Source: an uncultured Trueperaceae bacterium (GTDB lineage: Bacteria > Deinococcota > Deinococci > Deinococcales > Trueperaceae). Taken from it: a stretch of 64,000 nucleotides of DNA. This document shows positions 1 through 12,102 of this stretch, piece by piece. The stretch spans positions 128,001 to 192,000 of the forward strand of contig CAVSGP010000004.1 of NCBI GenBank assembly GCA_963727505.1, given 5' to 3'. Numbering within the stretch: the stretch's first letter is position 1; each line of letters starts with the position of its first letter. The position numbers were made by a program, and so were the translations under genes. The notes below the pieces were generated by a model, which did no database searches, was not told the origin of the DNA, and saw nothing but the letters and a program-made list of their open reading frames with translations.

Positions 1-3000
1 ACGCCACCAGCTCGCGCGCGCCGGACTCGTCGGCCAGCTCGAACCGCGCCATCATCGTGCCCTTGCGCGTCGGACGCTTCACCACGTTCTGGAGCATGCC
101 GGCCAGGACCACACGCACCCGGCCGCCCGGCCGGTCCGGCGGGTGGGTACGGAAGTAACCCTCGATGGCGTCGACCTCACAGGTGGCGGCCTCGCCCAGG
201 CCGGGGTAGGAATTCATGGGGTGGGCGCTGATGTAGAGCCCCAGCGCCTCCTTCTCGAAGCGCAGCAGCTCGAGCTCGCCGAGCGGCTCGCCGGGGTCGA
301 GCGTCGGCGGCTTGATCTCCTCGGCGCCGAACAGGCTCGCCTGTCCCTGCGCCGCCTGCTCGCGCTGGGCCGCTCCCCACTTGAGGGCGGTCTCAAGGTT
401 GCGGAGCAGCACGTAGCGCTCGCCCAGCTGGTCGAACGCGCCGGCTTTGACGAGGTGTTCGACGGCACGCTTGTTCACCAGGGTGGTATCGACGCGCCGG
501 CAGAAGTCGAAGAGGTCGGCGAACGCGCCCGCCTGCTTGCGCTCGTCCAGGATGTGGTCGACCGCGTTGTCGCCGACGTTCTTGATGCCGTAGAGCCCGA
601 AGCGGACGAGGTCCCCTACCGGCGTGAAGTCGGCGTTGGACTCGTTGATGTCGGGCGGCAGCACGTCGATGCCCATGTGGCGCGCGTCGGCGACGTACTG
701 CGCCACCTTGTCCGAATTCGCGCGTTCGACGGTGAGCAGGGCGGCGGCGAAGGCCACCGGGTAGTGGGCCCTGAGGTAGGCCGTCTGGTACCCGAGCACG
801 CCGTAGGCAGCCGAGTGGGACTTGTTGAAGCCGTAGTTGGCGAAGCGCTCGAGGAGGTCGAAGATGCGATTGGCCTCGGCGGTCGGGATCCCCTTCGCGG
901 AGGCGCCGCGCTCGAAGATCTTGCGCTGCTTCTCCATCTCCGCGACCTTCTTCTTCCCCATCGCGCGCCGCAAGAGATCGGCCTGACCGAGCGAGTACCC
1001 GGCCACCGCCTGCGCGATCTGCATGATCTGCTCCTGGTAGACGGGGATGCCATACGTCTCTTCCAGGATGGGGGAGAGCAGTGCCTGCGCTTCCGGGAAA
1101 TCGGAGTAGTCGACGGCCTCCTCGCCGCGGTGACGCCGCAGATAGGCCGGGATGTTCTCCATGGGGCCGGGCCGGTACAGAGCGTTCACGGCGATCAGGT
1201 CGTGGATGCGGCGCGGCTTGAGCTTCTTGAGCGTGTCGACCATACCCGGCGACTCGAACTGGAACACGCCGGCGGACTCGCCGCGGGAGAGCATCGCGAA
1301 GGTCGCCGCGTCGTCCTGGTCGAAGGTGTCGGGATCGAGCTCGACGCCGTGCGCCGCGCGCACGATCTTCACGGCGGCTTCGATGAACGACAGCGTGCGC
1401 AGGCCGAGGAAGTCCATCTTGATGAAGCCGAGATCCTCGACCGAGCCCATGTCGTACTGGCAAACGACGGGACCGTCGCCGGCGCGGAATACCGGAGCGA
1501 GCTCCTGCACAGGGTTCCTGGAGATGATGACGCCGGCGGCGTGCACCGAAGCGTGGCGTGTCAAGCCCTCCAGGGTCTGGGCGACGTCGACGTACTCCTT
1601 GGCGCCCGCCTCGTACAGCTCCCGGAACTCCGGCACCTCTTCGCGGGCGCGCTCGATGGAGACGCTGCGCCCGAACACCACCGGCACCAGTTTGGAGATC
1701 TTGTCGGCGTCGGCAAAGGGGGCCTCCATCACGCGCGCGGCGTCCTTGATGGCAGCGCGCGACGCCATGGTGCCGAACGTGGCGATGTGGGCCACCTTGT
1801 CGTCGCCGTACTTCGCCCGCACGTAGTCGATGACCTCGCCGCGACGCACGTCGGAGAAATCGATGTCGAAGTCGGGCATGGAGATGCGCTCGGGATTGAG
1901 GAAGCGCTCGAACAGCAGCCCGAAAGCCAGCGGGTCGATGTTGGTGATGCGCAGCGCGTAGGCGACGATCGACCCAGCACCGGAACCGCGCCCGGGCCCG
2001 ACGGCGATGCCGTGATCCTTGGCCCAGTTGATGAAATCCGCGACGATGAGGAAATAGTCGGGGAAGCCCATCGCGATGATGACGCCGAGCTCGTACTCGG
2101 CACGCCGCAGCACGGTGGCCGCCCGGTCGTCGCGCCCTCCGGTGAAGGCCTCGAGGTGGGGGTAGGTGTAGCGGTCGTAGGTCTCGCCCTCGCTCTTGGG
2201 CCTGCGGCCGCGCTCGCCCTCTTCGGCCAGCGCCAGCAGCACGGCGTCGAAGTCCAGCTCGCCGGCCGCGTCGGCTCCGCGCGCCTCGGACAGGTAGGCG
2301 CGGAAGAGCGCCTCGTCCACGTCCTCGGGATAGCGCTGCATCAGCCCCCGGTAGCCATCGATGCGCAGCTGCTCCGCGAGCGTCCGTCCTTCGGGAAGAG
2401 GCAGCTCCGGCATCTGGTAGACGCGCTTGTCGCCGATGGGCAGATCGACGTTGCACATGTCGGCCACCGTGAGGCTGTTCTCGAGGGCGCCGGGGTACGT
2501 GCTCGCAGGCAGCGCGGCCGCCATCTCCTCGGGCGTCTTGACGTAGAACTCGTCGCAGGGGAAGCGGAACCGGTTCGGGTCGGAGAGCACCGTCTTGGTC
2601 TGGATCGACAACAGGGCCTCGTGGGCGCGGGCGTCCTCCTTGCGCACGTAGTGGCCGTCGTTGGTCGCCACCATGCCGAGCCCGTAGCGGTCCGCGAAGT
2701 CCTTCAGCACGGGGTTGAGGCGCTCCTGTTCCTCGAGGCCGTGGTTCTGCAGCTCCACGAAGAAGTCGTCGCCGTAGATGTCGAGGTAGGCCTGCAGCAG
2801 GCGTTCCCCCTCTTCGACGCCCACGTCGAGCACCGCCCGCGGGATCTGGGCGCCCAGGCAGCCGGAGAGCGCGATGATCCCCTCGCTGTGCTCGGTCAGC
2901 AGCTCGTGGTCGACGCGCGGCTTCATGTAGAAGCCCTCCAGGTAGGCGCGGCTGGAGAGCTTGCAGAGGTTCTGGTAGCCGGTGTAGTTCTTGGCGAGCA

Positions 3001-3301
3001 GGGTCAGGTGGTAGTAGCCGCCGTCGAGCGTACTCGACATGCGGCGCTTCTCGAAGCGCGAGCCGCTGGTGACGTAGGCCTCGAGCCCGAGGATGGGCTT
3101 GACGCCCTCGGCCTGCGCCGCCTTGTAGAACTCCACCGCGCCGTGCATGTTGCCGTGGTCGGTCATGGCCACCGCAGGGTCGCCGGGGGTGACCGAACGC
3201 ACCCAACGCATGAGGTCCTTGATGCGCGCGGCCCCGTCCAGGAGGCTGTAGGCCGTGTGCTGGTGGAGATGGGCGAAGGCGGGGGTCGGCTCGCTCGACA
3301 T
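1..3301 (-). CDS. dnaE: DNA polymerase III alpha subunit (3' end runs off the window)
   Basis: Manual minus-strand translation from ATG at 3301: MSSEPTPAFAHLHQHTAYSLLDGAA...TDHGNMHG (PHP), GPGRGSGAGS, PDFDIDF, KMDFLGL, YGFNKSH. Absent from the ORF track because it is truncated. Confidence 0.97.
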   Translation of the reverse strand, partial: MSSEPTPAFAHLHQHTAYSLLDGAARIKDLMRWVRSVTPGDPAVAMTDHGNMHGAVEFYKAAQAEGVKPILGLEAYVTSGSRFEKRRMSSTLDGGYYHLTLLAKNYTGYQNLCKLSSRAYLEGFYMKPRVDHELLTEHSEGIIALSGCLGAQIPRAVLDVGVEEGERLLQAYLDIYGDDFFVELQNHGLEEQERLNPVLKDFADRYGLGMVATNDGHYVRKEDARAHEALLSIQTKTVLSDPNRFRFPCDEFYVKTPEEMAAALPASTYPGALENSLTVADMCNVDLPIGDKRVYQMPELPLPEGRTLAEQLRIDGYRGLMQRYPEDVDEALFRAYLSEARGADAAGELDFDAVLLALAEEGERGRRPKSEGETYDRYTYPHLEAFTGGRDDRAATVLRRAEYELGVIIAMGFPDYFLIVADFINWAKDHGIAVGPGRGSGAGSIVAYALRITNIDPLAFGLLFERFLNPERISMPDFDIDFSDVRRGEVIDYVRAKYGDDKVAHIATFGTMASRAAIKDAARVMEAPFADADKISKLVPVVFGRSVSIERAREEVPEFRELYEAGAKEYVDVAQTLEGLTRHASVHAAGVIISRNPVQELAPVFRAGDGPVVCQYDMGSVEDLGFIKMDFLGLRTLSFIEAAVKIVRAAHGVELDPDTFDQDDAATFAMLSRGESAGVFQFESPGMVDTLKKLKPRRIHDLIAVNALYRPGPMENIPAYLRRHRGEEAVDYSDFPEAQALLSPILEETYGIPVYQEQIMQIAQAVAGYSLGQADLLRRAMGKKKVAEMEKQRKIFERGASAKGIPTAEANRIFDLLERFANYGFNKSHSAAYGVLGYQTAYLRAHYPVAFAAALLTVERANSDKVAQYVADARHMGIDVLPPDINESNADFTPVGDLVRFGLYGIKNVGDNAVDHILDERKQAGAFADLFDFCRRVDTTLVNKRAVEHLVKAGAFDQLGERYVLLRNLETALKWGAAQREQAAQGQASLFGAEEIKPPTLDPGEPLGELELLRFEKEALGLYISAHPMNSYPGLGEAATCEVDAIEGYFRTHPPDRPGGRVRVVLAGMLQNVVKRPTRKGTMMARFELADESGARELVA

Positions 3302-3418
3302 GCCCCATGCTAACGCGGGGTCGGGGGGGCGGCCGGGGAAGGGCGGACGTTCGGCGGGGCCGGTCGGTGGCCCCGCGGAACGGCCCGGCAGAGGGCGGCA
3401 GAGAGCGCCGCGAGCGCG

Positions 3419-3448
3419 TTGACAACGGAAAATCGGCCATGCTAGGCT
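3419..3448 (+). promoter_or_regulatory. sigma-A promoter of the tRNA pair
   Basis: TTGACA (3419-3424), 18-bp spacer, TGc-TAGGCT (3443-3448). Confidence 0.75.
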
Positions 3449-3492
3449 TTCCTAGCTCGGTGGCCCGACCCGGCGTCGGTCCGTGAGCGTGC

Positions 3493-3567
3493 GGCGCCGT
3501 AGCCAAGGGGTAAGGCAGAGGTCTGCAAAACCTCGATTCACCGGTTCGAATCCGGTCGGCGCCTCCA
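3493..3567 (+). tRNA. tRNA-Cys (GCA)
   Basis: Acceptor GGCGCCG/CGGCGCC, anticodon arm GAGGT-CTGCAAA-ACCTC, T-loop TTCGAAT, encoded CCA. Confidence 0.97.
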
Positions 3568-3581
3568 CCTCTTCCGACCAT

Positions 3582-3656
3582 AGGCGCGTAGCTCAGTGGG
3601 AGAGCGCTACATTGACACTGTAGAGGTCGGCGGTTCAATCCCGCCCGCGCCTACCA
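3582..3656 (+). tRNA. tRNA-Val (GAC)
   Basis: Acceptor AGGCGCG/CGCGCCT, anticodon arm CTACA-TTGACAC-TGTAG, T-loop TTCAATC, encoded CCA. Confidence 0.97.
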
Positions 3657-3674
3657 ACCGAACGCCGGCGTTCA

Positions 3675-3723
3675 CGCCGTAGGAAGGGGGTCGCCCATCA
3701 CGGGCGACCCCCTTCCTACGGCG
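3675..3723. terminator. Perfect 22-bp inverted repeat between tRNA-Val and the convergent GGDEF gene
   Basis: cgccgtaggaagggggtcgccc-atcac-gggcgacccccttcctacggcg. Confidence 0.7.
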
Positions 3724-3747
3724 CTGTGGAGCGGAGTGTGGCCGACC

Positions 3748-5871
3748 CTAGGCGAGGTGCGGGCGGCCGGCGGTGGTGAGATCGTCGCGCGCCAGCGGCT
3801 CTCCCAGGATGTGCGTGAATCCTACCGAGCGCAGATCGTCGATGCTGTGCGAGTCGCTGGGGCGTCCTTCTGCCACGAGCTTGAGTCCGGACTGGGTGAC
3901 GGAGGTGAACAGCGAGAGCGTCATTCTTCGGCTGAGTTCATCGCTCAGAGCGCGGTCGATGGCGCTGGGGTGCACGGTGACCCAGTGGTAGGGGAGTTCC
4001 TTGCCGCGGCGCGCGGGCGTACGGCCTTCGCCGGAGTGTTCGAGCATGAGCCCCACCCCGAGCTCCGCGCAACTTCGAGTGGCGCCCGCCAGACCGGGCC
4101 ACTCGACATCATCGTGGGCGTGCACGGAGATAATCAGGCGTGCGGGATCGAGCCCGCTCTCGGCAAGCAGGTCGCATAAGCGCTCGTGCCCCTCCCCGAA
4201 GACCTGTTGGGGTGTGACCGAGACGGCCAACGGAATGCGCAGCTCGGGCGAGCGCGACAGCTCGTCTACGACCTCGGTCAAGGTCCATGCGTAGAGATTC
4301 TCGGCGAGCCCCGTCTCGCGGGCGACGCGCTGCACCATGGCGGGGTCGACCGACCCGTAGCGAGGATGGTTCCAGCCCAGACCGACCTTGGCGATGACCG
4401 GCTCACCGCCGTCAAGCGCGCCGATGGGCGCGTAGCGCAGCGCCAGCTCGCCCCGCTCGAGGGCGTGGGGGAGGTCGCGCTCGAGGTGGATGACTTGACG
4501 GGCGGCCTCATCAACGGTGGTGCTGTACTCCACGAAGCGAGACTTGCCCTGCTCCTTAGCGTGACGCAGGGAAATATCGGCACGATCGAGCACGTCCTTG
4601 GGGTCGGTGTCGTCGCTCCGTACGGGTGTCAGGCCGACGCTGGCGCCGACGCGGATGGTGATCCCGTCGATCGTGAACGGTCGCCCCAGGACATCGACCA
4701 GGCGGTGCGCGACCGCGCCGGCGCGTCCCGAGGTGCCCACCCCGTTCAGGAAGGCGGCGAACTCGTCGCCCGCGAGCCGCGCGACAACGTCCTTGGAACT
4801 CACCGCGCCGACCATGCGGCGAGACGCCTCCACCAACAGTCGGTCCCCAGTGGCATGCCCGTAACGGTCGTTGACGCGCTTGAAGCCGTCCAGGTCAATG
4901 TAGAGCACAGCGTCATGGGAGGAGGGAGCGCCCGCCCCTCCCGTCCCGGCCTCGCGACGCTCCATCGCTGCCGCCAGGTGCTCCAGGAAGTAGCGCCGGT
5001 TCGGGAGGTCGGTCAGGGGGTCGTGCAAGGCTCGGTGCGCCAAGTCGCGTTCGCGCAGCTTGAGGGCGCTGATATCGGAGAACGACACCACCACGGCCCG
5101 CGGTTCGCTCTCGCTGGTGTCGAGCAGCTGCGCGTTGACACGAATCCAGCGGCTGACGCCGTCTCCCGCTTCGACGCGAAGCACCTCACCCATCCGCGGC
5201 CGACCGTCCTCCAACGTCCTCGCGAAGAGATAGCCATCGCGACTGACCAGATTGCCGTCCTCGTCGAGGATGCGCAGCGGGAGCCCGTCTTGCAGGTCAC
5301 CAATGCCGTTCAGGACGTCCTCGGACACCCCTAGGATCTCGCGGGCGCTGGGGTTGGACACCCTCACCCGGCCGGTAGCATCGATGACCACCAAGCCGTC
5401 GGCGAGCGTCTCGATGATCATGCGCTGGCGGTCCATGGCGCTATTCAGGTTCATCTCGGCATGTACGCGCGCACTGATGTCCTGGATCTGTTTGATGATG
5501 GCGAGGAGCTCGCCGTCCGGCGCGCGCACCGCCGTGACCCCGGCCACCGCATGCAGAACCGACCCGTGGCGCGTAACGTAGCGACGCGGGGTGCGGTCAT
5601 TGTCGAGGCGCCCCTCACGCATATGACCGTGGATGCGCTCCACCAACGCGTGGTCCTCGGGGTGGACGAAGTCGAGCAAGGATCGGCCGACGAGCTCTTC
5701 GGTACCGTAGCCGAGCATCCCGCAGAACGCATCGTTCACGTCCAAGATCGTGCTGTCGCGGCGAAGCAACGACGTCCCGAAGGCCCCTAGGACGAGCGCG
5801 GTACCGGACACGTCGGCGAGACGCAACGGTTCCGAGTGGGACGAGCCAGCGTGGGTGGTTTCGTCGTTCAA
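3748..5871 (-). CDS. PAS-PAS-GGDEF protein with degenerate EAL domain
   Basis: Two PAS domains; HDPLTDLPNR, IDLDGFKRVNDRYGH..GD, RLAGDEF; C-terminal EAL-like region lacks EAL and DDFG motifs. TTG start at 5871 follows a GGAGGAG RBS. Confidence 0.88.
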   Translation of the reverse strand: MNDETTHAGSSHSEPLRLADVSGTALVLGAFGTSLLRRDSTILDVNDAFCGMLGYGTEELVGRSLLDFVHPEDHALVERIHGHMREGRLDNDRTPRRYVTRHGSVLHAVAGVTAVRAPDGELLAIIKQIQDISARVHAEMNLNSAMDRQRMIIETLADGLVVIDATGRVRVSNPSAREILGVSEDVLNGIGDLQDGLPLRILDEDGNLVSRDGYLFARTLEDGRPRMGEVLRVEAGDGVSRWIRVNAQLLDTSESEPRAVVVSFSDISALKLRERDLAHRALHDPLTDLPNRRYFLEHLAAAMERREAGTGGAGAPSSHDAVLYIDLDGFKRVNDRYGHATGDRLLVEASRRMVGAVSSKDVVARLAGDEFAAFLNGVGTSGRAGAVAHRLVDVLGRPFTIDGITIRVGASVGLTPVRSDDTDPKDVLDRADISLRHAKEQGKSRFVEYSTTVDEAARQVIHLERDLPHALERGELALRYAPIGALDGGEPVIAKVGLGWNHPRYGSVDPAMVQRVARETGLAENLYAWTLTEVVDELSRSPELRIPLAVSVTPQQVFGEGHERLCDLLAESGLDPARLIISVHAHDDVEWPGLAGATRSCAELGVGLMLEHSGEGRTPARRGKELPYHWVTVHPSAIDRALSDELSRRMTLSLFTSVTQSGLKLVAEGRPSDSHSIDDLRSVGFTHILGEPLARDDLTTAGRPHLA

Positions 5872-6138
5872 GGCACTCTCCTCCCGACGACCCGCCGTGC
5901 CATCAGGCACTGTCGCAGCAGCTGTCCAAGCGCCGCGTGGCGCGCATGGCACCGTCGCGTTCCGGCGCTCGCTTAAGCTCCAATGATGTACCCCCGACCG
6001 GGTCCGCCAGGTCGTCCTCGCGTCATATCGCAGGCATCGTCCAGACGCTCCGTCTCACGATGTCTTGGCTCCCTGACACGATCAACAACCTCACATCGGC
6101 GAAACCATGAGAAGACCGTGAATGGGCAGCGACCGAAC

Positions 6139-6273
6139 TCACCTCGCCTCGACCTCGCCGACGAACCCCGGCAGCGTGATTCCCACCAAGCCCATCGACT
6201 CGAACACTCCGTGCGGAAGGCCGATGTCACCCACGAACAGGCGGCCCACCATGCCGCCGGGCGTGACGCCCTT
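6139..6273 (-). pseudogene. Orphan 3'-end fragment of nnrE (diverged duplicate of 9794-9928)
   Basis: Translates KGVTPGGMVGRLFVGDIGLPHGVFESMGLVGITLPGFVGEVEAR*, 32/44 aa identical and gap-free against the NnrE C-terminus. Confidence 0.9.
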
Positions 6274-6478
6274 CGGCCTCGGGAGAGGCCGCCCCTTCTA
6301 AGGGAACGTGCCCGATACCTGGCGAACGTCGGGCTCCTCAGGAAGGCTGCAGGGCGGCATGCGTAGCGTAGCGGTGCCGCCATGCATCGTCTCCAGCCGC
6401 GTCACTTTGTCGTTGCAGTGCCCGCGCGCGTCGCGCCAGACGGGTGGGCGCTCGCCTCGACGTGCCATGATCGCCGTG

Positions 6479-6943
6479 GTGAGCACCCGAAGCGCTGAAG
6501 CGTCGCGTCTGCGCGACCTCGCCAGGCTGCGCGGCGTGCGCGACCGGATCGACCGGGAGTACGCACGGCCGCTGGACCTCGAGGGCCTCGCGCGCGGTGT
6601 GCACATGTCGGCCGGACACCTCAGCCGGCAGTTCCGGCTCGCCTACGGCGAGTCACCCTACAGCTACCTGATGACGCGGCGCATCGAGCGTGCCATGGCG
6701 CTGCTGCGGCGCGGCGACCTCAGCGTCACCGACGTCTGCTTCGAGGTCGGCTGCTCGTCGCTTGGCACGTTCAGCACGCGCTTCAAGGAGCTCGTCGGCC
6801 TGTCGCCGAGCGTCTACCGCGCGCGCGAGGCGCAGGCGACCGTAGGGCTGGCGCCCTGCGTGGCGAAGCAGGTGACGCGACCCGTCCGGGAACGTGGCGG
6901 TCGGGAATCGAGAAGCGCTGCGCCGAGACCACCCCTAGAATGA
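6479..6943 (+). CDS. AraC-family HTH regulator
   Basis: RDRIDREYARPLD..MSAGHLSRQF..GESPYSYLMTRRIERA..GCSSLGTFSTRF. Start (GTG 6479 vs ATG 6467) uncertain. Confidence 0.9.
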   Translation: MSTRSAEASRLRDLARLRGVRDRIDREYARPLDLEGLARGVHMSAGHLSRQFRLAYGESPYSYLMTRRIERAMALLRRGDLSVTDVCFEVGCSSLGTFSTRFKELVGLSPSVYRAREAQATVGLAPCVAKQVTRPVRERGGRESRSAAPRPPLE

Positions 6944-6948
6944 CGGCC

Positions 6949-7359
6949 ATGGACATCACCATCCACGCGAGCATGCTCCCGCACGACGATCCGGACACCT
7001 CGATCGCGTTCTACCGCGACGCTCTCGGCTTCGAGGTCCGCGGCGACGTCGAGTACGGGGGGATGCACTGGATCACGGTCGGGCCGGCAGGGCAACCCAG
7101 CACCTCCATCGTTCTGTACCCGCCCGCCGCCACCCCGGGCATCACCGACGAGGAACGCCGAACCATCGCCGAGATGATGGCCAAGGGAACGTTCGCCAGC
7201 ATCAACCTGGCCACCACCGACCTCGACCGTGTCTTCGAGCGGTTGCAGGCCGGCGACGCCGAGGTCGTCCAGGAACCGACCGAGCAGCCGTATGGGGTCC
7301 GCGACTGCGCCTTCCGCGACCCCGCGGGCAACCTGATCCGCATCCAGGAGTTGCGCTGA
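6949..7359 (+). CDS. VOC/glyoxalase/bleomycin-resistance family protein
   Basis: FYRDALGF..EPTEQPYGVRDCAFRDPAGN; TAGAAT box 7 nt upstream of ATG. Confidence 0.92.
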   Translation: MDITIHASMLPHDDPDTSIAFYRDALGFEVRGDVEYGGMHWITVGPAGQPSTSIVLYPPAATPGITDEERRTIAEMMAKGTFASINLATTDLDRVFERLQAGDAEVVQEPTEQPYGVRDCAFRDPAGNLIRIQELR

Positions 7360-7381
7360 GCCAACCGGCGATGGAGGCACG

Positions 7382-9775
<2,394 letters not shown>

Positions 9776-9793
9776 GCGAGGAGAACCCCGGCG

Positions 9794-10507
9794 CTAGGCG
9801 CCGGTGATCTCGGTAAGGAAACCGGGAAGCTGCACGCCTGGTAAGCCCATCGACTCGAAAACGCCCTGCGGCAGCCCGATATCGCCGACGAAGAGCCGGC
9901 CTGCCATGCCGCCGGGCTGGACCCCCTTCTTGGGCAGCGCCACGGACAGCGTCATGCTGGCGTGCACGATGTCGCCAGGCACCTCGCCGTCGTCGACCAT
10001 CATGCCGGTGGGTGCGTCGAGGGAGATCACGCAGCAACCGTCACCCATGTTGTTCAGCACCGTGATCACGTCCTGGGTGCGGCCGCGCGGCGGCCCCTCG
10101 AGATTGGTGCCGATGGCGGCGTCGATGACGCACGCGAATTTCATCTTGGGAAGGCTCGTGCGCACCCGCACCTTGTCGAAGTGGCGCAGGTGCTCGAGCT
10201 GCTCCTTAGGGGTGCCGGAGTAGTTCTCGGCCTCGTGCGTGGGGACCACCCACACCCGATGACCCCGGGCACCCAGCAAGCGGGCGGCGGCGAGACCGCC
10301 ACTGCCGTTGTTGCCGCGTCCCGCGACCACCAGCACGGGCCCGTCACCTGCGAAGGCGTCCACGAGCGTGACCAGATTGCGGGCCGTGTGCTCGACGAGC
10401 ACGCGGTTGTCCAGACCGTACTTGCCGGTGGCGAGCATGATGAGCTGCTGCATCTGGGCAGCCGTAATCGCCGGGAGGTCATCCCAGGGCAGGACAGGAA
10501 AGCTCAT
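9794..10507 (-). CDS. nnrE: NAD(P)H-hydrate epimerase (stand-alone YjeF N-terminal domain)
   Basis: GRGNNGSGG, IDAAIGT, SLDAPTG, GDIGLP motifs. Confidence 0.85.
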   Translation of the reverse strand: MSFPVLPWDDLPAITAAQMQQLIMLATGKYGLDNRVLVEHTARNLVTLVDAFAGDGPVLVVAGRGNNGSGGLAAARLLGARGHRVWVVPTHEAENYSGTPKEQLEHLRHFDKVRVRTSLPKMKFACVIDAAIGTNLEGPPRGRTQDVITVLNNMGDGCCVISLDAPTGMMVDDGEVPGDIVHASMTLSVALPKKGVQPGGMAGRLFVGDIGLPQGVFESMGLPGVQLPGFLTEITGA

Positions 10508-10524
10508 ACCCCTCCCTCGTGAGG

Positions 10525-11253
10525 TCAGCCGACCAGCTCAGCGTGCTCCAGGTTGGCCGTGGAGAAGACGTTCTGTACGTCGTCGAGGTCTTCGAGCGCT
10601 TCGATGAACCGGACCACCTTGTCGGCGTCGCTGCTGTCCAGCTCCGTCTCGGTCTGGGCGAACTTGCTGAGCTGCGATACCTCCGGAGCGTGCCCAGCCT
10701 TCTGAAGGCCGTCCACCACGGCGTACAGTTCGGTGGGCGAGGTATAGATGGTGAGGCCGCCGTCGATGGGCTCGAGGTCCTCGGCGCCGAGATCGATGGC
10801 GAGTTCCTGCAGCGTGTCGTCCGCGGCGTCCAACACGATCACGCCCTTGCTCTCGAACTGCCAGGCCGTCGATCCAGACATGTTGCCGCCGTGCTTGGTG
10901 AACACATGTCGGACCTCGGACGCGGTGCGATTGCGGTTGTCGGTGAGCGCTTCCACCAGCACCGCAACTCCGGCCGGACCGTATCCCTCGTACAGAACGG
11001 GCTCGTAGTCCCCGCCCTCGCTGCCACCGAGGGCGCGTTCGATCGCGCGGTCGATGTTGTCCTGCGGCACGTCGTCCGTCTTGGCAGCCGCCAGGGCGTT
11101 CTTCAGGAACAGGTTGGCCGACGGGTCGCCGCCACCGCCCTCACGAACAGCAGACTGGATGGCCCGTATGTGCTTGCTGATGATCTTCCCGCGCTGACGG
11201 TCGTTGACCGCCTTCTTGCGCTTGATCTGTGACCACTTGTTATGGCCTGACAA
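10525..11253 (-). CDS. yebC: YebC/PmpR family protein
   Basis: MSGHNKWSQIKRKK, YEGYGPAG, TDNRNRT. Confidence 0.96.
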   Translation of the reverse strand: MSGHNKWSQIKRKKAVNDRQRGKIISKHIRAIQSAVREGGGGDPSANLFLKNALAAAKTDDVPQDNIDRAIERALGGSEGGDYEPVLYEGYGPAGVAVLVEALTDNRNRTASEVRHVFTKHGGNMSGSTAWQFESKGVIVLDAADDTLQELAIDLGAEDLEPIDGGLTIYTSPTELYAVVDGLQKAGHAPEVSQLSKFAQTETELDSSDADKVVRFIEALEDLDDVQNVFSTANLEHAELVG

Positions 11254-11466
11254 GGATGCTTCCTCCCGGTCTGCGCGCCTACTGCCTGAGAATGTCGCCG
11301 GACGGCGTAGTTGCCATTGTATCGCACGGCTACGCTCGGGACGGAGCCACTCCCGACCGAAGGGGGACTGCGCGCCGTCCGACCGTCATGCGGCGCCCGC
11401 AAGTGTTCGCTGCCCCACCTCTCGGGCGGGGCAGCGAACCGATCGTTCTAGACGTACGCGCGGACG

Positions 11467-11982
11467 TCAGCGGATGTACAGCGTCGTCACCGCCACGTCT
11501 CGCACCGGATAGCCCCTGATGTCGACCTCGATCGCGCTGGTCCAATCCCCTTCGCCGTGCCGTCCGCTGTAGCGGACGTGGCTGGGATCGGTCCGCGCCG
11601 ACGTGAACGACGCCCGGATCCGGTGAAGGCCGCGCGGGGGCGCCGCGCTGAAACTCACGCGCATCTCCGGGGTGGGAAGGATGACCGTCCGGTTGCCCGG
11701 CACGTAGATGTTGCGCGCGAAGACGTACACGCGCCCGTCCGGGTCCATGGCGGAGAGCGTCACGTAGCCAGTGTCGCTCGTTCGGATGCGGAACTCGATC
11801 CCGTCGCCGAGGAAGTAGTTGGCGCCCGAGCCACGTGTCGGCTCGAAGTAGGTGATGACGTTGTCGAGGGGAACGCCGACTTGCACGGACGTGCCGGGCC
11901 GCACGTAGATGCTGCACGCAGACAGCGCTAGACCCAACACCAGGACGACGGGTGCCAAACGGACGAGTCGATGGTGGCTCAT
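11467..11982 (-). CDS. Lipoprotein, DUF4384-like
   Basis: Lipobox LSAC, AAGGAG RBS; YFLGDGIEFRIRT..GYVTL pattern resembles DUF4384. Confidence 0.7.
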   Translation of the reverse strand: MSHHRLVRLAPVVLVLGLALSACSIYVRPGTSVQVGVPLDNVITYFEPTRGSGANYFLGDGIEFRIRTSDTGYVTLSAMDPDGRVYVFARNIYVPGNRTVILPTPEMRVSFSAAPPRGLHRIRASFTSARTDPSHVRYSGRHGEGDWTSAIEVDIRGYPVRDVAVTTLYIR

Positions 11983-12102
11983 GAGCGAATCTCCTTGCCC
12001 CCATGATACGCGAGGCGGGCCTCTTGCCCGTGCGTGACGCATTCATGGCTGCTTAAGGCAAGTGTGTCGCAGGTCACGCTTGCAGCCCTGGGGCGGCACC
12101 GG

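Noticed and set aside
2110..2330. Insertion in DnaE as a possible intein
   Set aside because: Short, no C/S...HN splice motifs; matches the lineage-specific insertion expected in Deinococcus-Thermus Pol III alpha.
143..3638. 1056-aa (+) and 1081-aa (-) ORFs in the track
   Set aside because: Antisense and off-frame shadows of dnaE in GC-rich DNA; the minus one also runs through the tRNAs.
3582..3656. tRNA-Val as attB of the adjacent accessory region
   Set aside because: No repeat of the tRNA 3' end seen in the window; the visible duplication is of nnrE instead.
5973..6383. ORFs 5973-6383 (-) and 5983-6366 (+)
   Set aside because: No protein-like features; the region is explained by the nnrE fragment in another frame.
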